Positions 31,274-40,322 of a DNA stretch of 64,000 nt are shown here, in pieces; positions within the stretch are counted from its first letter, which is position 1; each line of letters opens with the position of its first letter. The notes beneath the pieces were generated by a model. The model did no database searches. It saw nothing but the letters and a program-made list of their open reading frames with translations, and was not told the DNA's origin. The stretch comes from an uncultured Candidatus Saccharibacteria bacterium (GTDB taxonomy: Bacteria; Patescibacteriota; Minisyncoccia; Portnoybacterales; UBA2143), in contig CAYPQZ010000014.1 in the NCBI GenBank assembly GCA_964413015.1, forward strand, positions 459-64,458. Direction: 5' to 3'. The translations under genes were made by a program, and so were the position numbers.

Positions 31274-32446
31274 ATGAAATCACTTCGGGATTTTAATTTT
31301 AATAATAAGCGGGTTTTAATAAGGGTTGGCTTTAATGTTCCCTTCTTTTTGGGAGAAAGCAGCAGAATTGATGATGAAGAGGATTGGCGGATACAAGCCA
31401 CTTTGCCGACTATTAAATATTTAGTTGAGCATAAAGCTAAACTTATTCTGTTAACCCATTTGGGCAGGCCCGAAGGGAAGATTGACGAAAAACTGCGGTT
31501 GGATATGATAAGCGAAAGATTGACGGAACTTTTGAAATTGCCGGTCGTTAAATTAAATGATTGCCTTGGCCCTGAAGTTGAAATGCAGATAAGAAAAATG
31601 GCTCCTGGAGATATAGTTTTGTTAGAAAATATTCGTTTTCATCCGGGAGAAGAAGCAAATAGCCTGGATTTTTCCAAAAAAATCGCTGCTTTGGGAGACA
31701 TTTATGTTAACGACGCTTTTTCAGTGAGTCACAGAAATCATGCTTCGGTGGTTGGTCTGCCTAAATATTTACCGAGTTGTTTTGGTCTGCTTTTTGAAAA
31801 AGAGGTTCAAACGCTTTCCAAGGTTTTGGACCAGCCGGAACATCCTTTGACAGCAATTATCGGCGGAGGGAAAATATCAACTAAAATCAAGTTCGTTAAG
31901 AATTTTTTGAATAGATCCGACAACTTGCTTTTAGCTGGAGCTTTGGCTAACACGGTGATTAACGCTAAAGGGTTTGCCATTGGCCAGTCAGTTTCGGAAA
32001 AAAGCATGATTGGAGAAGTTAAAAAACTTAATTTGACCAGCACTAAGCTTCATATACCGGTTGATGTAGTTGTTTCTAAAGATGTTTCCGGAAAGGCATC
32101 CAGCCGAATTTCTCCAGTAGGCAATACAGCTGAAGACGAAATGATTCTTGATATTGGGCCGGATACGATTCAAATATTTTCCCAAGTAATTTCTCAGTCC
32201 AAAATGATTATCTGGAATGGACCTTTAGGATTTCTTGAGACGGAGAAATTCAGCTTAGGAAGTGAAGCAATTGCTAATAAAATAGCTGAGAGTTATAATT
32301 TTTCATTGGTTGGCGGAGGCGATACAGTAGCCTTTTTAGAAAAGTTAAAATTAATAGATAAAATAACACATATTTCTACCGGCGGGGGTGCTATGCTTAA
32401 ATTTCTAGCTGGTGAAAAACTGCCCGGGATAGAAGCCTTGAAATAG
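31274..32446 (+). CDS. pgk: phosphoglycerate kinase
   Basis: RVLIRVGFNVP, hinge and nucleotide-binding motifs (GGGDTVA). Start moved from 31178 to MKSLRDF. Confidence 0.85.
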   Translation: MKSLRDFNFNNKRVLIRVGFNVPFFLGESSRIDDEEDWRIQATLPTIKYLVEHKAKLILLTHLGRPEGKIDEKLRLDMISERLTELLKLPVVKLNDCLGPEVEMQIRKMAPGDIVLLENIRFHPGEEANSLDFSKKIAALGDIYVNDAFSVSHRNHASVVGLPKYLPSCFGLLFEKEVQTLSKVLDQPEHPLTAIIGGGKISTKIKFVKNFLNRSDNLLLAGALANTVINAKGFAIGQSVSEKSMIGEVKKLNLTSTKLHIPVDVVVSKDVSGKASSRISPVGNTAEDEMILDIGPDTIQIFSQVISQSKMIIWNGPLGFLETEKFSLGSEAIANKIAESYNFSLVGGGDTVAFLEKLKLIDKITHISTGGGAMLKFLAGEKLPGIEALK

Positions 32447-32454
32447 TCTTTGAG

Positions 32455-32482
32455 ACAGTCCCCAGAATGCTGGGGACTGTCC
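32455..32482. repeat. GGGGACTGTCCCC variant palindrome
   Basis: gacagtcccc-agaatgct-ggggactgtc (10-nt arms). Confidence 0.65.
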
Positions 32483-32501
32483 CCAAGGCTCAAAAAATAT
32501 T

Positions 32502-34271
32502 ATGAAATGGCAAGTTAAAAATAAAGCGCCTAGCGCTTTTTTAAAACAATTTCCGGAGTTTTCTCCTTTAATCTCTCAGCTTTTATACAATCGCGATTTG
32601 AAAACTCAACAACAGATTGATGAGTTTTTTAATCCTGATTATCAGGGTGATTTACACGATCCTTTTTTACTTAAAGGGATGGAAAAAGCAGTTAAGCGAA
32701 TTTATCAAGCGGTGTCTAAAAAGGAAAGAATTTTAGTTTACGCTGATTATGACGCAGATGGAGTTTGTTCAGGGGCAATTTTGTTTTCAGTTTTGAAACA
32801 TCTGGGCGCGAAAAATATTCAGGCCTATATCCCTGACCGGGCCAAAGAAGGGCATGGAATGAACAAAGAAGCGATTAAGAAAATTCATAAAGAAAAAGCT
32901 GATTTGATAATTACCGTTGACTGCGGCATCAGTAATTTAGAAGAGGCCGAGCTAATTGCTTCTTTAGGCATGGACCTTATCATTACTGACCATCATCAGC
33001 CAAAGCATAAACTGCCTGAAGCAGTTGCCTTGATTGACCCTTGGCAGAAGGATGATAAATATCCTTTTAAGGATTTGTGCGGAGCCGGCGTGGCCTATAA
33101 ATTAACCTGCGCCCTCTTGCGCGAAAAAAAAGACAACCCAGATTATCCTTTAAAGAAATGGCTTTTGGATTTAGTCGCTTTAGCTACAGTGGCTGATGTT
33201 ATGCCGATTATTGGAGAGAATCGAACCTTGGTAAAGTACGGCTTAGGCGTTTTAGCTCAGACAAAACGTCTGGGGCTTCAAGAATTAATGAAAACGGCTA
33301 AAGTAATTCCTGAATTAATTAAACATTCCTTGAATGGGGAAGCCCCTCTGACAAACCTGAATACCTATACCATCGGCTTTATCCTGGCTCCGCGCCTTAA
33401 CGCGGTCGGTCGAATGAACCACGCTAGTGCCGCTTTTCATCTCTTAATAAGCCAGAATAAAAAAGAAGCCGAAAAATTAGCTAAAGATATTAATCAAAGC
33501 AATTCAACCAGGCAGAATTTGACAGAACGGATAATTGAGGAAGCTAAGAAGCGGATTGATAAAAAGCTTAGTCGTAAGGATTCTAAACTCATTTTTGAAG
33601 GCAGCCCTGATTGGCCGGCTGGATTAGTTGGCTTGATAGCCAGTAAGATATCTGATCAGTATCAGCGGCCAACCATTATTTACCATGACCTGGACTCTAT
33701 TATTTCCGGTTCTTGCCGAAGCCGAGGAAGTTTTAATGTTTTAGGGATGCTTAAACATTCATCTGATTGTCTTCATTCTTTCGGCGGGCATGAAAAAGCG
33801 GCCGGCTTTAGGATTAAAAGAGCAAATTTAAAAAAGTTTAAAAATGCTTTGATAAAATTTGTTGAAGACAAGTTAAGGGGCGAGGATTTAATACCGGTTT
33901 TAGACGTTGATGCGGAATTGTCTCTGGAAGACATAAACTGGCGGAATTATGACCAAATTCAGCAGTTTGCTCCTTTTGGTAAAGACAATCCGGAACCAAG
34001 ATTTTTGGTTAAAAATGCGGAAATTAATGATTTAAGATTAGTCGGTAATAGCAACAAGCATCTTAAGATGGACTTAATGATTTTCAACGAGCAATCAAAA
34101 CAGGGGAAAAGGATTAAGGCGATTGCTTTTAATCTGGGCGAATGGCATAATACATTGAATAGAGGCGATTCAGTTAACGCGGTTTTTGAATTAATTGCTA
34201 ATGAATGGAACGGGAACCGGGATTTAGAAATGAAAATTATAGATTTAAAGACCGTAAAAAAATATGTATGA
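32502..34271 (+). CDS. recJ: single-stranded-DNA-specific exonuclease RecJ
   Basis: DHH motifs (DYDADGVCSGAIL, ITDHH), DHHA1 and a C-terminal OB-like domain. Confidence 0.85.
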   Translation: MKWQVKNKAPSAFLKQFPEFSPLISQLLYNRDLKTQQQIDEFFNPDYQGDLHDPFLLKGMEKAVKRIYQAVSKKERILVYADYDADGVCSGAILFSVLKHLGAKNIQAYIPDRAKEGHGMNKEAIKKIHKEKADLIITVDCGISNLEEAELIASLGMDLIITDHHQPKHKLPEAVALIDPWQKDDKYPFKDLCGAGVAYKLTCALLREKKDNPDYPLKKWLLDLVALATVADVMPIIGENRTLVKYGLGVLAQTKRLGLQELMKTAKVIPELIKHSLNGEAPLTNLNTYTIGFILAPRLNAVGRMNHASAAFHLLISQNKKEAEKLAKDINQSNSTRQNLTERIIEEAKKRIDKKLSRKDSKLIFEGSPDWPAGLVGLIASKISDQYQRPTIIYHDLDSIISGSCRSRGSFNVLGMLKHSSDCLHSFGGHEKAAGFRIKRANLKKFKNALIKFVEDKLRGEDLIPVLDVDAELSLEDINWRNYDQIQQFAPFGKDNPEPRFLVKNAEINDLRLVGNSNKHLKMDLMIFNEQSKQGKRIKAIAFNLGEWHNTLNRGDSVNAVFELIANEWNGNRDLEMKIIDLKTVKKYV

Positions 34272-34506
34272 AAATTTAAGGATTGTCATTGAGGATCATG
34301 TCCCTTTACAGAAGGCAAAGGGCGTGTCCGCCTATCCGCCTCTGAAGGGAAAGGACGACTCCTTAAATTTTGACAAGGGGAAACAGATAAGACAAACTGA
34401 TAAGAACAGTCTTTAAAATGACGCCCTTGTGCTCAAGGGGCATCGTTTTAAGGACTGTCCTTATCATCAGCGTATCCCAAGGGACATCATTTTAAGGACT
34501 GCCTTT
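34262..34506. repeat. ~245-nt cluster of nested palindromic repeats (GGACNGTCC family, two composite copies)
   Basis: aaatttaaggattgtcatt; ccctttacagaaggcaaaggg; gataagaacagtctttaaaatgacgcccttgtgctcaaggggcatcgttttaaggactgtccttatc (34399-34465); plus a further partial copy. Confidence 0.8.
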
Positions 34507-34955
34507 TGAAAAGTATGAAGTTAACTATTTATACCGATGGCGGAGCGCGGGGCAATCCCGGTCCGGCCGCTATCGGTGCGGTCATCATACAAGATGGCCA
34601 AACAATTAAGAAATACGGCGAGTTTATTGACGAAGCCACTAACAATCAAGCCGAGTACCAGGCAATAATTTTCGCTTTGAAAAAAATTAAACTGCTTTTT
34701 GGCAAAAAGCCGGCTAAGAGAATGGAAATTGAGCTTTATTCAGACAGTGAATTAATTGTTAATCAGCTTAATCATCAGTACAAGATAAAAGAGGAAGACC
34801 TTCAGTTACTGTTTCTCAAGGCCTGGAATTTGACGTTAGATTTTAAACAAGTTATTTTCAAGCATATTGTTCGGACTAAAAACAAGGAAGCTGACCGTTT
34901 GGTCAACCAAGCCCTGGATAATCAGGAAAAGACTTCTGTTTTGCCGGGTCTTTAA
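34506..34955 (+). CDS. rnhA: ribonuclease HI
   Basis: DGGARGNPGPAAIGAV...NNQAEYQAIIFAL...YSDSELIVNQ DEDD catalytic residues. Confidence 0.85.
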   Translation: MKSMKLTIYTDGGARGNPGPAAIGAVIIQDGQTIKKYGEFIDEATNNQAEYQAIIFALKKIKLLFGKKPAKRMEIELYSDSELIVNQLNHQYKIKEEDLQLLFLKAWNLTLDFKQVIFKHIVRTKNKEADRLVNQALDNQEKTSVLPGL

Positions 34956-35005
34956 TGCAAGGTTCTATTGACATTAAATTGTTAATGCGGTAATATTTAA
35001 ATAAT

Positions 35006-35357
35006 CCAAGCAAGTGGATAGTCGGTCGCCTTAGGCGACAGGAAAGTCCGGGCACCATATAATGGCAGTGGGTAACGCCCACCGTCCGCAAGGATAGGGA
35101 AAGTGCCACAGAGACAATGTTTCTTCATTTTAGGGGGAATCTCCTAAAAAGGGGTAAAAGTGAAAAGTGAGGGCCTAAGAATCCTCTCATCCGGCAGAAA
35201 TGTCGCGATGCGGTAAACCCTGCCTGGTGCAAGAGCAAAGTGTAGCTCGCTTGAGCCTGAGAGTAATCTCCGGCCTAGATAGATGACTATCCAAAACCCG
35301 CCTTTGCCCTACGGGCTTCGGCGAGGTGAGACAGAACCCGGCTTATAGCTTGCTTGG
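35006..35357 (+). ncRNA. rnpB: RNase P RNA (bacterial type A)
   Basis: P1 pairing ccaagcaag...cttgcttgg. Conserved GGAAAGTCCGGGC (P4 5' strand), ACAGAGA, AAAAGTGAAA and ACAGAACCCGGCTTA (P4 3' strand). Followed by a T-run. Confidence 0.85.
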
Positions 35358-35404
35358 GTTTTTTTATTCTTGATTTTTAGGTAAAAATCATTAAAATCAA
35401 AGTA

Positions 35405-36835
35405 ATGAAGCGTTCAGACCTTATTTTCACTGCTATTTTAGTCCCGGTGGATTTTTTGATGCTGGTTGCCGCCGGTCTGACCGCCTATTTTTTAAGAATT
35501 AGCCCTTGGCTAGCCCAATACCGGCCAGTTCTTTTTCATTTAAACCTTCCTTTTGGCAGGTATTTTGTTTTGGTCAGCGGGATTTCCATTTTTTTATTGA
35601 TTGTTTTTTCGCTAATCGGACTTTACCGGATTAAGTCAACCCGTAAGCTTCTGGACGATTTTCCCAGAATCGCGATTGGCGTCTCAGCCGGGGTCATGAT
35701 TGTTGTCCTCTATATCTTTCTAAGACAGGAACTATTCAATTCCCGTTTTTTAGTTTTAGCCGGCTGGTTGATAGCCATTGTTTTTGTTTGTCTAGGCCGT
35801 TGGTTAGTTGTCCTGTGGGGAAAATATTTGATCAGAAGCCGTCAGTTTGGAATTCGCCGGGTCATGCTTATTGGCCGGGATGAGTTAAGCCAAAAGATTA
35901 TCCAGAATATTAAACAAGAGGCCAGTGCAAGGTGCCGGGTAGTTGAGAATATTATCGAGCCGGATTTAAAAAAGATAAGTCAGAAGATAAGTAGCGGGAA
36001 AATAGATGAAGTTATTCTGTCGGATCCGGATTGGTCCAAGGATAAGGTTTTGGAATTAGTTAATCTGGTTGAGGCCAGTCATTTGAATTTCAAATTTATC
36101 CCCAATCTTTTTCAGGCTTTGACTGTTAATACTTCAGTTGAAATAATCGGCAATGTGCCGGTTGTTGAATTGAAAAGAACTGCTCTGGACGGTTGGGGTA
36201 GAATCATTAAGAGATTATTTGATATAATCTTCTCGCTTTCTTTTGTTATTATCTTTTCGCCGGCCTATCTTTTAATAGCTTTGATGATAAAAATTGATTC
36301 TCCGGGCCCGGTGATTTATAAGGATTATCGTTACGGATACAAAAAGAAAAAGTTTGAGTTTTACAAATTCCGTTCTATGAGAGCTGACCTTTGCGACGGG
36401 GAATTCGGAACTAAAAAAGGGAATCAAATGCTTAAAGATTTGGAAAAAGACCATGCCAGGAATCTCCGTAAAGACAGTCCGCTTCATAAGATTAAGAATG
36501 ATCCCAGGATTACCAAGCTAGGCCGGTTCTTGCGTAAGAATTCTTTAGATGAATTGCCTCAATTCTTTAATGTTTTGAAAGGAGACATGAGCATTGTCGG
36601 TTATCGTCCCCATATGTCTTACGAGGTAAAAAAGTACAATTTTGACCAGCAAAGGATGTTCTATATCAAGCCCGGGATTACCGGCTTGGCCCAAATTTCC
36701 GGAAGGAGCGACCTTGATTTTGATGAAGAGGTTAAGCTGGACGTCTTTTATATGGAAAATTGGTCTTTGAGATTGGATTTAATTATCATTTTAAAAACTC
36801 CGTTTGTTATCTTATTAAAAAAGCACGAAGCTTAG
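35405..36835 (+). CDS. polyprenyl-phosphate hexose-1-phosphate transferase (WbaP/CpsE-like bacterial sugar transferase)
   Basis: N-terminal TM bundle plus C-terminal Bac_transf domain (KRLFDIIFSL..., PGPVIY, KFRSM, SIVGYRP). Confidence 0.85.
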   Translation: MKRSDLIFTAILVPVDFLMLVAAGLTAYFLRISPWLAQYRPVLFHLNLPFGRYFVLVSGISIFLLIVFSLIGLYRIKSTRKLLDDFPRIAIGVSAGVMIVVLYIFLRQELFNSRFLVLAGWLIAIVFVCLGRWLVVLWGKYLIRSRQFGIRRVMLIGRDELSQKIIQNIKQEASARCRVVENIIEPDLKKISQKISSGKIDEVILSDPDWSKDKVLELVNLVEASHLNFKFIPNLFQALTVNTSVEIIGNVPVVELKRTALDGWGRIIKRLFDIIFSLSFVIIFSPAYLLIALMIKIDSPGPVIYKDYRYGYKKKKFEFYKFRSMRADLCDGEFGTKKGNQMLKDLEKDHARNLRKDSPLHKIKNDPRITKLGRFLRKNSLDELPQFFNVLKGDMSIVGYRPHMSYEVKKYNFDQQRMFYIKPGITGLAQISGRSDLDFDEEVKLDVFYMENWSLRLDLIIILKTPFVILLKKHEA

Positions 36836-36860
36836 CTGGTCCGAAGGAAGCGATATTTTT

Positions 36861-37946
36861 ATGAAAGTTGCTTTAGTTCATGATTATCTTAATCAATACG
36901 GAGGGGCGGAAAGAGTATTAGAGGCATTTTGTCAGATTTTTCCCAAAGCGCCGATTTATACTTTGCTTTATGATGAAGCCAGAACCGGTTCGGCCTTTAA
37001 AAAATATCAAATTAAGACGTCTTTTTTGCAAAAAGTCCCTTTGGTTAAATCTCACCATCGCCCTTTTTTAATGCTGATGCCTTTGGCAATAGAACAATTT
37101 GATTTGTCCGAGTATGATTTAGTGCTTTCTGATTCAGCCAGCTATGCCAAAGGGGTAATTACTTCGCCGAAAACTCTGCATATTTGTTATTGCCATACGC
37201 CGATTCGCTATGCCTGGGATGATTCCCATAAATACATAGAGGAATTCGGTTATCCCGGCCCAATAAAGAAAGTAGTTCCTTTTTTCATGAACTATATCCG
37301 TCTCTGGGATGAGCAGGCGGCCCAACGAGTTGATAAATTTATTGCCAATTCACGTTTTGTGGCCCAGCGGATAAAAAAGTATTATCATCAGCCGGCAAGG
37401 GTTATCCATCCGCCGGTCAGAACCGACCTCTTTTACATGGCTGATAAAATAGACGAATATTTTCTGCTCGTCGGGCGCTTCCTGCCTTACAAACGCTTCG
37501 ATTTAGCTATAGAGGCATTTAACGAGCTGGGTCTCCCTTTAAAAATTATTGGCGACGGGCCTGACCGTAAAAAATTGGAGCGGAATTCTAGAAGAAATAT
37601 AGAGTTTGTGGGGTTGGTTTCTGACAGCAAATTAAAAGAATATTATGCTCACTGCCAGGCCTTTATTTTTCCTCAAGAAGAGGATTTCGGGATTACCGCG
37701 GTTGAGGCAATGGCCTCAGGCCGGCCAGTTATTGCTTATCAGTCTGGTGGCGCCTTAGAAACAGTTGAACCAGGAATTACCGGATTGTTTTTTAAAGAGC
37801 AAACTAAAGAAAGCTTAATTGAAGTTTTAAGAAAGTTCAAATCCAGCGACTTCAATTCTAAAATTATCAGACAAAAAGCTGAAAATTTCGACCAGGAAAA
37901 ATTTAAAAAAAGGATAATAAATTTTATTAATGAATATTGGCATTGA
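36861..37946 (+). CDS. GT4 family glycosyltransferase
   Basis: E-x7-E motif region EDFGITAVEAMASGRPVIAY. Confidence 0.82.
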   Translation: MKVALVHDYLNQYGGAERVLEAFCQIFPKAPIYTLLYDEARTGSAFKKYQIKTSFLQKVPLVKSHHRPFLMLMPLAIEQFDLSEYDLVLSDSASYAKGVITSPKTLHICYCHTPIRYAWDDSHKYIEEFGYPGPIKKVVPFFMNYIRLWDEQAAQRVDKFIANSRFVAQRIKKYYHQPARVIHPPVRTDLFYMADKIDEYFLLVGRFLPYKRFDLAIEAFNELGLPLKIIGDGPDRKKLERNSRRNIEFVGLVSDSKLKEYYAHCQAFIFPQEEDFGITAVEAMASGRPVIAYQSGGALETVEPGITGLFFKEQTKESLIEVLRKFKSSDFNSKIIRQKAENFDQEKFKKRIINFINEYWH

Positions 37947-39045
37947 TATAAGAGTTTTGGCTCGAGGCGCCAGAACCGGTGTTGAAGAATACACTCTTAA
38001 TCTGCTTGATTCTCTTTTGTCTCTGGAGCCAGAAATCAATTTCAAGCTTTTTTATAACGCTTATCATAAAGCTTGTTTATCTTATCCTTGCCTTGGTTTG
38101 GATAATGTTCAGTTAAAAGATTTTAGAATTCCTAACCGCCTTTTTTTTATTAGCGCCCGCTATTTTAACCAGCCCAAAATAGACAAATTATTAGGCCAAA
38201 TTAATGTTTACTTCAATCCACATTTTTTCCCCGCTCCTTTGTCAAGCAACTGCCGGAAAATAGTTACTTTCCATGACTTGTCTTTTTTAAGGCATCCTGA
38301 GTTCTTCTCTTGGCGTAAAAAAGTTTGGCAAAGTTTTTTGGTAGCGGCTCAAAAAGAAGCTGTTCAAGCCGATAAAATTATTGCTGTTTCTCAATCGACT
38401 AAACAGGACTTAGTTAATCTTTATGGAATTAAACCGGGTAAAATAAAGGTAATTTATTCGGGGATAGGCGAGAAGTTTAACCCTTTAGGGGCTATTCCCA
38501 AGCTGGCTAAGAAATACAATCTTCCGGAGAAATTTATCCTCTATTTTGGGACTATTGAACCGAGGAAAAATCTTGTAGGGTTGATTAAGGCTTTTGAACT
38601 TCTGAAGACAAAGCATAAACTGGTCTTTGCCGGGACTAAGGGCTGGCTTTATCAGGATATTTTTAAGGCCGCTAGAAAGTCGAGGCGCCACCGGGACATT
38701 ATTTTCACTGGTTTTGTTGAAGACCAAGACAAACCCGGGCTTTACAATCTGGCTGATCTTTTCATTTATCCCAGTTTTTTTGAGGGTTTCGGCTTCCCCC
38801 CCTTGGAAGCAATGGCCTGTGGAGTGCCGACTATTGTTTCGCACGCTTCTTCTTTGCCGGAGGTAGTCGGGACAGGCGCTTTAATGGTTGACCCTTACAA
38901 TATTGATGAGTTGGCCTGGGCTATGGAAACGATTCTGGCTGATAAAGATTTAAGGGAAGGACTAATTAAAAAAGGATTTGCCCAAGCCAAAAAATTCTCC
39001 TGGCCCAAATGCGCCCGGGACACGCTAAAACTGATAAAAGGCTGA
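37930..39045 (+). CDS. GT4 family glycosyltransferase
   Basis: EGFGFPPLEAMACGVPTIVS. Confidence 0.82.
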   Translation: MNIGIDIRVLARGARTGVEEYTLNLLDSLLSLEPEINFKLFYNAYHKACLSYPCLGLDNVQLKDFRIPNRLFFISARYFNQPKIDKLLGQINVYFNPHFFPAPLSSNCRKIVTFHDLSFLRHPEFFSWRKKVWQSFLVAAQKEAVQADKIIAVSQSTKQDLVNLYGIKPGKIKVIYSGIGEKFNPLGAIPKLAKKYNLPEKFILYFGTIEPRKNLVGLIKAFELLKTKHKLVFAGTKGWLYQDIFKAARKSRRHRDIIFTGFVEDQDKPGLYNLADLFIYPSFFEGFGFPPLEAMACGVPTIVSHASSLPEVVGTGALMVDPYNIDELAWAMETILADKDLREGLIKKGFAQAKKFSWPKCARDTLKLIKG

Positions 39046-39046
39046 A

Positions 39047-39090
39047 GAATTGTCCTTAAAGAAATTTAAGGATTGTCATTTTAAGGACTG
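39047..39090. repeat. GGACNGTCC-family palindromic repeat
   Basis: gaattgtccttaaagaaatttaaggattgtcattttaaggactgtccttta. Confidence 0.7.
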
Positions 39091-39109
39091 TCCTTTAATC
39101 GGCAATAAA

Positions 39110-40246
39110 ATGAATAAAAAAAACCAGATTAAAATTGGGATTGATGCGCGGTTTTTTGGACCCAAGCAAAAAGGGCTGGGTCGCTATGTCCAGAAATTAG
39201 TGGAAAAACTGGAAAAAGTTGATTTAGATAACCAGTACGTTATTTTCCTCCGTAAAGAGAACTGGTCGGAATACCAACCGACCAATCCTAATTTCCAAAA
39301 AATTTTGGCTGATTATCCCTGGTACAGTTTAAAAGAACAAATTTTTCTGCCCTTTAAAATTTATCAATCAAAGGTTGATTTTGTGCATTTTCCCCATTTC
39401 AACGTACCGTTGCTGTGCTTTAAACCGTTTCTAATCACTATCCACGATTTGATTTTAAAACGGTTTCCTACTAGACGAGCGTCTGCTTTAAACCCGGTAA
39501 TGTATTTCTTAAAGAATCTGGCTTACCAGTTAGTTATTTTCTCGGCGGTCAAAAGAGCTAAAAAAATTATTGCTGTTTCTAACTATACTAAAAGGGATAT
39601 TCTAAAATACTTCAAAGTCAAAAAAGAAAAAGTAAAATTGATTTATGAGGGGGTATCTTTAAGGATAGTCCCCGGAACGCTGGAAACTATCTCTAAAGAT
39701 GTCCCCAAAGAATATTTGCTGTATGTCGGAAATGCTTATCCTCATAAAAATTTAGAACGACTGGTTTTGGCTTTTAATGAGATATTGAGAGATGAAAAAT
39801 ATTCAAATTTAAAGCTTCTCTTGGTCGGCGGAATGGACTATTTCTACAAACGGTTGAGAAAATTCGTTCTGGATTCTGCGTCGCAGGTTCAAAGTTCCGT
39901 GATTTTTACCGACTTCGTCTCAGATAGGGAATTATCTGTTTTATATCAGAAAGCTTCCTTGTATGTTTTCCCTTCGCTATATGAAGGATTCGGCCTGCCT
40001 CCATTAGAGGCGATGTATTACCAGTTGCCGGTAGTCTCTTCAAACTCATCCTGCCTGCCGGAGATTCTAGGAGAGGCGGCCGTATTTTTTGACCCGGAAA
40101 ACATTCATGAAATAGCAGAAAAAATTAAGCAGGTTTTGGAAGACAAACCGTTGCAGAGAACATTAATCAACCGGGGATTGTTGGTCATTAAAAAATACAG
40201 CTGGCTCAAAATGGCCCGGGAAATTAAAACGGTTTATTTAAATTAA
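39110..40246 (+). CDS. GT4 family glycosyltransferase
   Basis: EGFGLPPLEAMYYQLPVVSS. Start moved from 39050, which translates a repeat, to MNKKNQIKIG. Confidence 0.82.
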   Translation: MNKKNQIKIGIDARFFGPKQKGLGRYVQKLVEKLEKVDLDNQYVIFLRKENWSEYQPTNPNFQKILADYPWYSLKEQIFLPFKIYQSKVDFVHFPHFNVPLLCFKPFLITIHDLILKRFPTRRASALNPVMYFLKNLAYQLVIFSAVKRAKKIIAVSNYTKRDILKYFKVKKEKVKLIYEGVSLRIVPGTLETISKDVPKEYLLYVGNAYPHKNLERLVLAFNEILRDEKYSNLKLLLVGGMDYFYKRLRKFVLDSASQVQSSVIFTDFVSDRELSVLYQKASLYVFPSLYEGFGLPPLEAMYYQLPVVSSNSSCLPEILGEAAVFFDPENIHEIAEKIKQVLEDKPLQRTLINRGLLVIKKYSWLKMAREIKTVYLN

Positions 40247-40322
40247 AGGCCTTAAAATAGAAAGTGAGATGTGGTATAATAAAAATACCTAATTTAATGA
40301 GGCATTTTTATCTTATAAAAAT

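Noticed and set aside
35027-35045. Identical hairpin gtcgccttaggcgac in both RNase P RNA (35027-35041) and 16S rRNA (54284-54298), considered as another dispersed repeat
   Set aside because: It is a 15-nt GC hairpin inside two structured RNAs, where such helices are expected by chance. There are no further copies in the window.
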